Source of the DNA: Klebsormidium nitens
Taxonomy: Eukaryota; Plantae; Klebsormidiophyceae
Reading direction: 5' to 3'
Assembly: GCA_000708835.1 (NCBI GenBank)
Contig: DF236960.1
Span: forward strand, 214,982 to 278,981
Length of the DNA stretch: 64,000 nucleotides
A program made the position numbers and the translations under genes. This document shows, in pieces, positions 37,418 through 50,077 of the stretch (the first letter of the stretch is position 1; every line of letters begins with the position of its first letter). Below the pieces are notes generated by a model. That model saw nothing but the letters and a program-made list of their open reading frames with translations, ran no database searches and had not been told where the DNA came from.

Positions 37418-37823
37418 TAGTGCCAGTGGTAGACTCAAGAGGAGTGAGTACCTAAGAGGTGGCAGGTAGAAGACATACCTGCCAGGTATACCTGCCATCT
37501 CGTGAATCGTTTCGGATGCAAAAGAGACATCCAAAGTGCGGGGAGCGTGCTACGCGGCTAACAGTTTGCGTCGGTGCAGCAGCCAATCAGCTGTCCTCCT
37601 CATGATCATGATTCCAGCTGGAAGCATCGCCCGGATAAAAGACTGCAACAAATACCTATGACAGTCGTCCTGCCAGGGGCGTAATCCCTTCTCCGCTACT
37701 TTGTTCTGCTCACATTCGCAATCAACGAGCTGTCGAAGCTTCAAACCTCCGAAAGGGCGTCCTGATTCTGAACTAGCTTGTCAAAGCTGAACGCCCTTGG
37801 AAAGCTGCTGGAGCGTGCCCGCC

Positions 37824-40800
37824 ATGATGGCTACTCGCGTCTTCATCCTCGCGACACTGCTGGCGGTAGCGGCGGCGCAGGATTGTGCTCTGGTAAGGAA
37901 GAACCGGTTTCTCTTGTGCTGGAAATGTTCTCTTTGTGCATTCAACACTCATGAGCAATGCACCGCTTTGCTCTCAAGGTGATCCAATTTTTGATGCCAA
38001 TGTTTTGGCAAGGAACTTGGGGCTGCTTTTGGGCAGCTCAGATCTGAAAAGACAAGGTTGGAGCTGCTGTGGGCTTGGACCCACTGATCGGCATTGGGGC
38101 AGCTTTGGTTCTGAGATGACTTTCGTTGAGCCAGCTTGTATCTGAGGGAGCCAATGCTGCAAGCGAGATTCCCAGGAAATGCATGGCTGCAGAGTGGGCT
38201 CTTTTCACAAGTTCGTTGGATCTTTGGAAGCTCCATTTCATTGTAATCCGGATTTTAGCACTCATGGGTTGACTGGCATTGCTTTGCAGAGGGCCTTCAC
38301 ATCTTCCTAGTTCCTGCGTTTTGGAAATCGTTTCTGCATCTGCCTTGCAATAGAAACAATTTGAGGAGTGCAACCGGGTACTCTGCACTTAGGTTGAACA
38401 TGGGACCCAATTCTTTGTATCACGACTGTCCTTTCCTCAGCTCTAAGGTGTCTCATTGACGAGTGTTTTTGGTTGGACAGCTGCCCACTGGCCTCAGAGT
38501 CCCTACATCAGTGCAGTTCCAATGAGACCCCGTGTCTGCCAGGCTTTCTTTCACCACTTTTGAAAACAAGGGTAGATCCATCGCCCGTTTGCTGCAAAGC
38601 AGGTTTAATTACAGTTGAATGGACTTACGAATACAAAGTGTGGACGTCAGTCCATCAGACTCTCGGCACTGTTTGGCAGGCTCTTCTCAGCACTTCGCAC
38701 AACGTGCAAGAAAGTCTCTTTCTTTGTCAATGGCTATATATAGAGACCATGTCACCGCTCACATTTGAATGACACGATTTCAATGAGGTCGATGACCAGC
38801 ACCCTTCAACAGCATTATGATGTCTTGCACTTCATTGCCAAAGACTTGCATTTTCATAGTTACACCCCCTTCTTGCAGCCTTCAACCACCTACCTCGCAG
38901 CCAACAGCAAGACCGTCGTGCACGGCCTTTTCGACCCATCCATTCCCCCGGTGGCCCACGTGCGGTCGGGCGACACTCTGGTTGCGGAGTGCGTGTCTAC
39001 CAATGCCAACTCGGATTACGCCAAGATGGTCAAAGGCGACCCTGGAGTCGAGGACATCTTTGTAAGTTGCATTTATTCATTCCAGCGGAGTCAAAGTCTA
39101 GACCTTTAAAGCTCCGACGCTGGTACTTCATTGCTCTGCATTCGTGTTGGTAGACTTGCCTCCCCATCTGTATCCTTCGAGATTCCTCTTGTTCCAAGAG
39201 AACCCATGGCTGCGCAGGATACATGTGAATCTTGGTTTAAGCAGCCCTCTTTTGTCGGCAGTTTAAACCTGGAGCTGACATGGTTCTTCAAAACATGTTT
39301 AGCACAGTCTTCAAAAGTCGAATAGCACGAACGCCAAGTTCCCCTCTTCAAGAGTCCAGATTGAAGGTATACCTGTGCCACTGGAAGTCTTCCATCTTTT
39401 CGACCAGATTGCCGTCCTCAGTTGCAATGCTGAAATGACAATCCGTGTGGCCAACTTTCTGCAAGGAAGGCCTTTGATGTCTGCACACTTTTGACAGTGT
39501 GCTGAACTTGCCTGCAGTACTGGCCTAACGGAGTGCCCAGGCTCAACAAGTCTACGCCCCAGTGAGTGCTTCTTTCCTGTGCCAGCTATTGTTTTACCCT
39601 CAAGTCTACCTGCACTCTTGAGTTCTGACCTGTCAAGTTTGAAGCTGATCTCATCAGGTACCAGAATCAGATGAGAGACAAAAGGTTTTCAACAAAAAGG
39701 ACACTTAAGCCCAACCTCAAACGAGGCTCTTGTGAGCATCTCTTGCTTGTGACATTAAGGTCGGTCAAGAGACCCTCTCACCTATCTGGATCCGCTGTCC
39801 ATCTTCGGATATTCTTTTGAGTCCTTTTACGTCGACCAAAGAGTGCTTGGGTCTCCAGCCTTTTCTCTAATAATCAACTGCACGGAGGTGAAAATCAACC
39901 AAAACGCGTAGAAGGCAAGTACTCATACCACAAGATCGACTGAAAGCGTTATCGCTCACTGGAGGACCACAGATGCCATCTTCCCTCCTTTTCTGGTCCT
40001 CTAAAACTGAGGGGCCCTGGTCAAACAAAGTGATGGTCCTACAGGTATCCCAATTCCGGTGGCCACTTCCTGACCGGACCCGTCCGCATCTGCGGCGCCC
40101 TGCCAGGAGACGTCCTCAAGGTTCGTGCGTCATGCTGACACGTGTTCAAACCTCCACGAGTTCCGCTGCTGCCTGCTTCAGAACTTCGATCTTATCCGCT
40201 TGCCTAGGAGCTGCGTCGATCTTAGAAAGCTGCTCTTTCATCCTTGCAAGTTCGATGCGTTATGACGAATGACGTACTCTTTTTAGTTTTACTCTGCACG
40301 TTGAGATCGTGGACGTCAAACCCCCGTGCGAACCCTTCCACCGGGCGCACTTTCGGTGCGAACTTCGAGGAGCGCTCCTACAGACTGTGCTTTCACCTAC
40401 CTGACGTTCGCTTTACCAAATAAAAGCTAAGCTGACGTCATCTATCTCTGGAGATTGGATATCTGGACGTTAAACCCGTCCATTGGGCGCACTTTCGGCG
40501 CCAACTTCCAGGGGGCGCACCCACGCGAATTAAATTCCGTCTGCCTGACATCCTCTGAAGAAACAAGGACAAAGCTGACGTCATGTATCTCTGCAGATTG
40601 AGATTCTCGACGTCAAGCCCCGTGTGAACCCGTCCACCGGGCGCACTTTCGGCGCCAACTTCCAGGGGCGCTCCTACACGCAGAGCTACATCGGCACGCG
40701 CTACGGCGACTACAACTTCTCGGCGACCAACGCGACGACGATCGTGTACGAAGTCATTAAAGACGCGTACGGGGACTGGGCCCAACCGGTGTACCAATTC

Positions 40801-43800
40801 ACCACTCCGCAGTACATCGCACCAGGTGAGAGATGTTATTCTTCTCAGCTTGAAGATTTCGGGTTTGTCGGTCTGTGATCTTGAAGACTCAACGTTGGTG
40901 ACATCTGTTCGTAAAGAAGACGCGTATGGGGAGCGGGCCCAACTGGTGTACCAATTCACCACTCTGCAGTACATCGCACCAGGTGAGAGCATCCAAATCC
41001 TTCTCTCCGAGTGTTCCCGAGTGACTGTTTGGGGTTTAGTACCCTTGATTTTCCTTCATTGTGAAGGGCAGCGGGGCCGTATAAGCCGTGTTCCAGTCCA
41101 TCACTACGGGCCGATTCGCAAGAGGTGACATTTTCTGGGTTGTTGTTTTCGGGCTTACGTTCTCAACATTTGAGTCGTGCTTTAGAAACCAATGTTCTGA
41201 TTTGGAATTCTCAGTATCTAGGACATGGTGAGAGTCGCTCGCAGGAAGAGGTTGACGCCCTCGCATTTTGCGAAATCGATAAACAAGACTGACAACTAAG
41301 CCGGACGTTATTTCTTCCTCAGACGGAAGGGCCGGAGGCGTGGCGATGATTCCCCACACTCAGAACATTGGGATCGCTGCGGGTAACTATACCCCGAGCA
41401 ACGGGGAGGACCCCAGGTGAATACGGTCGCCTAACCCAACATAGAAGTTCCGGGGCTTTTTTACCTGCTTTCTTTTGAACGCTTCGTCAAGTTCCGTCTC
41501 ATTGTGAAAGGGCGCTTCTTTGAGAAACTTCATCAACCCTTGAAGCCGAGCACCTTTCTACAGAAACCAGCTTTGAAGAAAAGCGCCAACGGCTTCGAAA
41601 CGCGGCTTCAGGGTTACTTCGTTTCCATTTCTGAAAGCACGAACCTCGTCAGTTGCATCTAACGTATTTGTGTTTTCGCACGTTTCCTTCGCACTGATTC
41701 TTCCCTGCCCCCTTACTAAGAGCCAGCAGGACTCGTCAGGCGGCATTTGGTGCTAACAGAACGCCGTCGATCCGTTCTGGTTCTCTTGACTGGACTCGAG
41801 TGTCGTTGTCGGATGCTTTCTCTTCCATGTCTTGAGGTACGGAAGAGCCATTCTCGCTTGAGTCTGTGCGTTCTTGACGGCTGCTTCAATCGCCGCTAAG
41901 CATTTCTCTCATCAGCAGTGCCCAACGGAGGTTCAATCGAAATTCAACTGGAAAGATCGTTTCATATTGCACCCTGCCATGACACCCAAAGCTAAAACTT
42001 CAATTCCTCTGTTTCAGGACTTTCCCGTCGTTCGAGAATGTCACGTATCCGGACGGCTATCAGGTACGTGTCCTGCTCCTCGAATCTTAAGGCTCAATGT
42101 TGATTAAGTGAACCCTAAAACATTCGACTTTCTTCTTCGACCGCAAGGTAGAGCAAAAAAGCGTCGCACGCTTTGAAACCCTGGAACAGGAGAGGGCAGC
42201 CTCTCCCAAAAATGGTTCTTAAAACCTCTGAAACCTGGGGCCAGAATCTTTGGAACCCGAAACCACAAGGTTGAATAGATACTGGCTCGCACGCAGCAAG
42301 CAAGTTTAGGCTTCTGCGTAAGACTTGTACATCGACTTTAAACCGTGGAGAAGACTTTGATACTTTGTAATGCTGAACCGTTTGGTCTCCCAAAAGCGCT
42401 TCTTTCATACCGAGGCCGCTTGTGTGCGGCAGATGCTTCGTAGGTTACATACCACAGAGTTTCTGAGTGGGCCCTTTCTGGGGCTCCTCTTCTCGAACGC
42501 GCATTCTCCCCCGCTCCAACGCAGCGGCAATTCTTTTAAGGAGCTACGAAACTGTCATTCTTATCACTCTCAGAGTTGAGAAGATCGTAATTTCCATTGA
42601 CGCTCACCAAAATTGTTGGCAACCATTTATACAGAGCACAGAAGAGAACCAGTCGGGGCCCATTCCGTACACGAAAAATATTGAGATTCTACAAAGCCTA
42701 ATCTCATAGTTTGCCGGTTCCGCACCCCTCTAACCCACTCGAAACCCTCCGACTAACCTCACCCGTCTCGGGCTGGTGACTATCATTTCTAAGGCTTATC
42801 TAGCTCAGACTGTATCTTTCCTTGACGTCCACCTAACGATTTCTTTGCATCCGTTTCTGCAGAGCGCGTTGAACCAGTCTGGGCCAATCCAGTACCAGAC
42901 GGGGCCTAAGCTGAACTGGCGCGTGCCCCTGCGCCAGCACTTCGGTGTGTTGGCGGTCACACCCAAGGACGCCAAGAACTGTAAGCGAGCGTGTCACACC
43001 AGGATTGGATACGGTTGCCAATACTGCGCCGCGAAATCAAAACGAGATCATCATGCGATATGGGCTACTCGGGCGTGTCTGAATTCGCAATCAATCATCC
43101 GAACAAACAGGTGGCCAAAGGCTCTTTTCCAAAGGCCTCCAAAACGCGACATAAGCTTCTCTTTCCGCAGGACAAAATGTTCCTTTCTTCGTTGCCTTTT
43201 GTCTTTGAAATCTTCTATCAGATCGACGCGTTCAAATTCTTGGAAAGAATACCATTTTTGAGATTTTCTCAGTCTTACTCTCCTTTTTCGCTCTCAGGGG
43301 AAAGGACTGGTCCCCCCGGCTCACTCGGTGCCGGATCCGGGCCCCCCTCCAAGTTCGGAGGCAACATCGACAACTGGTAAGGCAAAATATTACTCACTTT
43401 TTTTGGTATTGTCGATGTTTAAAGGCAAAAAAGAAGTGCGGCTTCGCATCACTTATGCCTGTTGGCTGTGTTTTTAAGCGGTCTTCTATACTTCGCTTCA
43501 AGTTCGTCAAGTTTTGCGCGAATTCGTGAGATTCGGCGTCATCTCAAGTGAACAATGTGGATATGGGTCGAAAGCGTGCTTCGAACACTAAACGTGGGCT
43601 GTCACTAGATGCAGAGAGCTATAATTTCCTTATCTTCAGCTCTTCTCGCTTCACTTCAGGATCTTCTCGCCGCTTTTTCGCTCATCCGCTCGTTTCGGCT
43701 TTCCGCTCTCTTCCGCTCTCCTCGGCTGCATTTACCCCACTCTGTGCCACTTAGCTTAAATGTCGAGCTCTCTCATTTCCCTTTTTCCAATCTACAGATT

Positions 43801-46800
43801 AGCCACTTTCTTTCGCGTGTGGAACAGCACAATAGCTGTTCAAAGACAGATATGTGCCTTTAAACAGCAGTCTCGTAATTGATTCGCTTGTATCCCAGCT
43901 TTTCTGAGACCGGTAATGTTTTCCTGCAACATTCTGGCGTCTTCCTGAATCCTTCACCTTTTTCGGCCTTCGTATGTTTCACCGCATAGACGAAAGCATG
44001 ACTGTTTTTCCCACGATCCGCCTAAGCCGTCTTGTTCCATCGTAAAGTTTTCAGAAATTTCTCTTTCAGGCGCATGGGCAAGGGCATCACCGTTTATCTC
44101 AAGGTCCAGGTCCCCGACGCGCTCTGGACGTTCGGCGATTGCCACGCGGCGGAAGGAGACGGCGAGACCTCCAGCTCCGCCATCGAGGTACGTAACGCAC
44201 CCCCTTGCAATAGGCCCAGCGTTCCGATTCACCATGGTGTCGGTTGCTTTTCCTGCAGCCAATTGCGCCTCCAGTAGTGCTGAACATGTGTGCAGCGCAT
44301 CCTGGTAGAATCGGTTCGTCCAACAGAGTTGGCTCGTCCAACTGAACGTGAGGTGGAGTCTGGGTCGTTCTTATTTCCCCAGTCTTTCTGAAGGTTCAAT
44401 CAATGGGTACCTTTTACAAGCGAATCAAATGAAGGTTCCTCATTCTCAGAGTGGAACACCGATCGTTATTGGGCGGTCTTGAACGACTTTACTCTGCTTC
44501 GACTTATATTTTTTCAGGGACAGAGATATCTTCAACTTATGTGCTTGTAACATTCATTGCAGTTCCTCTTTCAGATTTGTGTTTTGAGAAGTTGCCACAA
44601 TTCATTCCTGGCCTTACGCAGGGTAGAGATTGAGTTTACGTTGCTTCACGTATGATGAAGTTCATTCCGTCTCTTTGCAGTCGTCCAACACCGGAACGTT
44701 CCGCTTCACGCTCATCAAGGAGGCGGAACTGCCCAAGGGGCTCGCCTCACTCAAGGGCCCGCTCTACGAGTTCGAGGATAGCTTCTCGCTCCAGGGCTTC
44801 TCCTACATGGACTACCTTAACGAGGTAAGGGTCTTGACTCTTTAGTTGATAAGCGTATCAGGGGGGAAGTGAAACCCATCTAAGAGACGTGTTTGCCCCG
44901 GGAGGGGATCGACTGTCGGGGAAAGTGAAGTTGGGGGGCAAGTGGGGTAGGATAGGGAAAAAGGGGAAGGGGGGAGGGGGGGGGTAATATTAAAGACCGT
45001 TCTCGTGTTCAAAGGGGACTTGGACGCTTTACCAAGGAACGTATTTTTGCTGGGGGGAAATTGGCTGTTGCGGGGAAAAGGGGGGCCAGCAAGGGAGGTC
45101 ACGGGGAGGGGGGACGCGGGGCAAAGTCGCATTTCCGGGGGGACGGGCAGGGCTCCTCGGGCGGTTGAAGAGGATGGAACGTGTGAGGGGGAGGGGAGAA
45201 GGGGAGGGGGGTGAACATGATGGCCTGAAAAGCCCGTGGGAAATGCGTTTTTTGACAAAGGGAGGGACGGGAATGGAAGCCAGGAGAGAGGCGAAAAGGA
45301 GGAGGGGGGTGGGGGGGTTCATTGCCGGCCCTGGTAAGCCAAAACAAATCTGCGAAAATCTGCCAAAAAAGTTTGTCTGACGGTTCATACAAAATCTAAA
45401 CCTCAAACGTTCACTACCTGCAAATTTTGTAAGCATTCAGGAATCGGTGATCGCATAAGTACGTCAGGAGGGGTGCGGCCAAATGAGACAAGGAGACCTC
45501 CAGACACTGTCGAGCTCGCTTGAAACTTCGAGAAGGATCTCCAACTTTGTAAGCTATATACCGATCCCTGCTGCTGGGCCGCTAACCAGAAACCCTTAAC
45601 CCGCAGCTCCCGGTTCCCAGCGCGATCATCAAACCGGAGCCTGACGAGAACTCGATCAAGCCAATGGCCAACTCCTAAAAGCCGACGCGCGATTCCCTAA
45701 CTTTTCAAGGTTTTCTTAACCGATTTCAGACACTTGGAAAACCCGTCTAAACCGAACCCATCACCTTGCAGCTCCCGGTGCCGAGCGCGATCGGCAGTCG
45801 CAGCTGGGCGAGCACCTGAACAAGCCGATGGCTCGCGACTTCCTAGCTTTTCAAGGATTTCTTAATCCAATTCAAAAACTTGGAGAACCCGTCTAAACCG
45901 ACCCTTAGCCTTGCAACTTCCGGTGCCGAGCGCGGTCGGTAACCGGAGCCTGGGCGAGGACCTGAACAATCCCGCGACTTCCTAGCTTTTTAAGGGTTTC
46001 ATAACCCAATTGAAACACTTGGAAAACCCGTCTAAACCGACCCTTAATCTTGCAGCTTCCGGTGCCCAGCGCCGTCGGTAACCGGAGCCTGGGCGAGGTA
46101 CTCAACAAGCCGATGCCCAGCTCTGCCGTATAAGGCGACGCGCGACTTCCCAACGTTTCTTAACCCGATAAGAAACACCTAGAAAATCCGTCTAAACCGA
46201 CCCTTAACCTTGCAGCTACCGGTGCCGAGCGCGATCGGCAATCGCAGCTTGGGCGAGGACCTGAACAAGCCGATGGCCAACTGCTACAAGGCGACGCGCG
46301 ACTTTTTGATGGACAGCTTCGACCTGGAGGAGCGCGAGACGCTCGCGCTCATGTCCGTCGGCGTCGACTTCGGCATCACCGAGGTTGTGGACGGCAACTG
46401 GGGTGAGACATTTTTGGCTTTTGTGAGCCTTTCGTTTGCTTGACCTTGTTTCTGGGGTGAGATATGTTTAGATTTTGTGAGCCTTTCGTTTTTGCTTGAC
46501 CTTGTTTCTGGGGTGAGATATGTTCAGATTTTGTGAGCCTTTCGTTTTTGCTTGACCTTGTTTCTGGGGTGAGAAATGTTCAGATTTTGTGAGCCTTTCG
46601 TTTTTTCTTGACCTTGTTTCTGGGGTGAGATATGTTTGGATCTCGTAAGCGTTCTTCTGCTGCACCTTGTTCCGGTTGCGCTTTTGTTAAGAGCCGGTCT
46701 GGTATCCGAAAAGGAGAAGCGCGAGACGCTCACTCCGAGTCCCGTCGGGCGTCACCGAGGTTGTCGACGGCTACTGGGGTGAAAAGCAGACTCAGATTTG

Positions 46801-48467
46801 TAACTGCTCCTTTTTTAACTCTGTTCTGGGCTGCTGCATTTATAAAGGAAGACTCCTGGCGATCTGAAGCTGGAAGAGCGCGAGTCGCTCGCGTTTTTGC
46901 CCTCCGGCGTCGACTTTGGGTCGTCGACTGGAGCTGGGGTGGACCTTTGGGGTTCTTGGGTTTTCATGATTCTAGGGTTTTGAAGGCTTGCTCTTGGGTC
47001 CCTCAGCAAACCCTCGTCTCTCTCCTGTCTAACTCCAAACACTAACTCACCGGGCCCTGTTTTTCGCGCAGGCGTCCACTCGTTCATCAAGAAGTCCTTC
47101 TTGTCGCGCCGCTTCACTTCGCAGCAAGGCCCTACGTTCCTCACATCGTCAAGCTCTAACCCCTAACAGCTTCAACCTTTAACCCTTAACCCCGAAGCAT
47201 AAACCCTAACGTACCGGGCCCCGTTTTTCGCGCAGGCGTCCATTCTTTCATCAAGAAGTCCTTCTTCTCGCTCCGCTTTACTTCGCAGCAAGGCCCTACG
47301 ATCCTCACATTGTCAAACTCTAACCCCTAACAGCCCCAATTCTCAACCCTTAACCCCTAAGCATAAACTCTAACGTACCGGGCCCCGTTTTTCGCGCAGG
47401 CGTCCATTCTTTCATCAAGAAGTCCTTCTTCTCGCGCCGCTTCACCGCGGACCAGGGCCCCATGTCGGTCGGCGGGTCGATCGCAAGCGCGCGCAAGCTG
47501 CGCACCTTCCAGGTAAGTCGCGCGCGCACACTTCATACGGGCCAACCGCGCGCTTTCAGGTGTTATGCGGAGCCGCCATCAGTTGCGGCAGCGGCCACTT
47601 TATGCGTGATAGATTGGGTCAATCCGCTTCTTGGACACGTCTCGTCGGCTTTCACCCAAGCACTTGAAAAGGGACAGTGAAGAGTGAACCCGTTTCAATT
47701 TGTTGGAGGAGAAGGTTTGGAGAGCGCATCTGACTGCTTATTGACTAGACACTTCATACTTGCGCTCCGGCCGGTTTCTTCCTCGTTCTCCAGCGTATCG
47801 CCGCCCTTCAATGGCTCCCTGCTTTCCAGGGCTCTCCACTTCTCATCCCCTCGTTTTGCACCGTTCGAGTCGGTCAGTTGGATTGTTCGAAATGCCTGCT
47901 GATTCAGCCGCGACGGCTTGGAATGCCAGCCTCATTAACGTCTGTATGCTGCCTTTCAAGAACTCTCGCCCTCATGCTAAGACAGAAGATTTGGCTGAGC
48001 CTCTTGTTTTCGAATAGATAAACCGGGCTTAATTGATCTCGGTCCAAGGCTGGTTACCGCCCAATCCTGGTTATTGGATTGTCAGCCAGCTTTAAACCAG
48101 CCCATAGCCATCCCTGGTTAAGGGCCAAAACATCATGTGTTTATAGACCCTCAGCATTCACAAAATAGCGGGATCGTCGGGCGCCCTGAAACTTCCCGTT
48201 TCCCTCTCTTTCGACCGTTCCGTTGTCACGTTTTTTTATGGATAATTTGTATACGAAAAGCCTGTTGAAGGACCTCTACTGAATCGAACAATCTGGGTTT
48301 TCGGTTCAGCCGGGTCTTTCGGGCCTTTTAAGGTTCAAAGCTTCAACTGAAACTGGTTTTGCCCTCTCCAGGATCTTCCCGACAGCGACAGCATCTTCCG
48401 CCCCGATCTGCTGGACCTGCTCAAGGCCTACGAAGAGGATGACGTCAGCTTCAACTGGAGCGCCTAG
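37824..48467 (+). CDS. Secreted acetamidase/formamidase family protein (FmdA_AmdA-like, 535 aa, 15 exons)
   Basis: Exons 37824-37892, 38879-39061, 39518-39561, 40045-40120, 40597-40825, 41072-41124, 41364-41416, 42018-42063, 42863-42980, 43298-43376, 44070-44187, 44681-44824, 46216-46402, 47400-47512, 48372-48467(TAG) total 1608 nt in frame. Family motifs GHFLTGPVRICGALPGDVLKIEILDV, VPLRQHFGVLAVTP, PPSKFGGNIDNW, GDCHAAEGDGE, DFGITEVVDGNWGVH. Signal peptide MMATRVFILATLLAVAAA. Exons 6-8 are less certain. Confidence 0.85.
46398..46640 (+). repeat. ~55-56-bp tandem repeat (x4+) whose unit starts with the exon-13 donor context CTGGG|GTGAGA
   Basis: GGGTGAGA(T/A/C)AT...TTTTGTGAGCCTTTCGTTT..CTTGACCTTGTTTCTG repeated near-perfectly. 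Confidence 0.9.
47055..47512 (+). repeat. 164-bp tandem triplication of acceptor plus start of amidase exon 14
   Basis: TTTTTCGCGCAG|GCGTCCA at exon starts 47072, 47236 and 47400. The first two copies run open for 30 codons to TAA (47164-47166, 47328-47330). Confidence 0.9.
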
Positions 48468-50077
48468 AGGTGACGCAACCGGAGGACTTGGTGACGTCAG
48501 CTCAAAACTGTCAAATAGCCGGAAGGGCCGACTGTTTATAAACATGACTGTTGGCGTGTTGTTGAAGCCCAACGTGGGAAAAAGAAGTTGTTGAAGAAGT
48601 AAGATGGTGACGGACGAGGAGGTCAGCGTTGTGTAGAAGGGTTAGAGTTATACCCAGGTTGCAAATTAAAGTCCAGGGGCAAAATCATGGGCGGTTCAAA
48701 ACAAGGGTTAGGAGGGCCATCAACGGCCTATTTTGAGCATGCGACGAGCCGCCGTGACTACGTCTCCTGTTGGGCGCAAGCGACCACGGACCTGTGCTAG
48801 ACCATATCAAACGAGGTCGGCTTGCTTACCTAATCTGCACACGTCTCAGAAGCTTTTGGAAGCTTTGTTTGTGCAGAATCTTCACAAGCAGCTCAAAATT
48901 TCAATCAACACCAAGTACATGATTTTACGACCTTCAAATGCTTCTCAACGGAGGGGGCTTCCGTGGGGTGAACGGTGAAGTCCGCCCCGGCCCGGCCCCT
49001 TCCACTGCATCATGACGGAACTATATGTACTGCAAGTTTTACAAGCGGCCAGGGCCCAGAGCCGGGCGGGCCGCGTGCGGCAGAATCCCGTACGTCATTA
49101 CAGTACGACATGCTTTTCAGATATTCTAGAATGAATCCGTCGGACACAGGATCCGCATGCCATGATGCAGACTCGCGCCGCCCTAGCGCTGACATCTTAT
49201 TGGCATTTCCCTAGTTTATCCTACTATAACGATTGTGACGCCGGCATACTAACTGTGTGGCGGCGAGGTAGCAGTGTCAGGTAATATGCATGTGTTTTGT
49301 TAATTGCGCAAATGGTTCGTTGCCAGGGCGCCCGCAATATGATGACGGACGTAGCATGCGAGCAATTTCTTGATTCCAGCCACCCGCCTCAGAACCTAGC
49401 TGGCACTCAGTCTGAGCTAGTTCAATGAGATCTTTGCCAGTTGCAACAAATTTGAACTGAGTCTGTCGATCACTCGTTCTTTTCACATATCATTGCATGC
49501 GGCGGCAGTCACTTCAAGCCGTCGATCGGCCGCCCGCCACCGCGCTCGTGTCCGATCTAGCTTCCGTTCCGATGCGTGTATCATGTGACCGGACGTATGC
49601 TCAAGTATAAATACAGCCGAATGATCCTGTCATTCTATATCTACGCTACTTAGTAGGATATATACGTACTTAATTTTTCCAGTCTAGTTAGCCGCGGGCA
49701 TGCTGACGATTGATCAATCGGTTGACTGCGCATTGAACTTCGCCGTCTGTCCTGATTTCCGATCATTGTCACTGAAAAGAGATCAACAAGACCGTGACCG
49801 CCGCCATGACTCAGTGACCGTACAAATGCACTCGAATACAACGAATTAATTTCAAGAACACAAAATTTGACATTAACTTGTTTCACACTGCCACCGTCTG
49901 TTCCAAAATCAGCCGGCTCGAGCATGCGCGCGACCAATCCCACATGATGAGAGCGAATATATGATAGTTGAATCATCCATCTGACAATCGGCGGCGGTTT
50001 AAGTTTACTCTCCGAAGTGGTGTATCTTACTTCAACTCAACAAGAGGGATTTTAGGTGATCTCAAGCTTCTGCTCTG

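Noticed and set aside
48306-48572. Minus-strand ORF as an independent gene
   Set aside because: It is the antisense shadow of the amidase terminal exon 48372-48467, which has the GC3 codon bias, an acceptor and a phase match.
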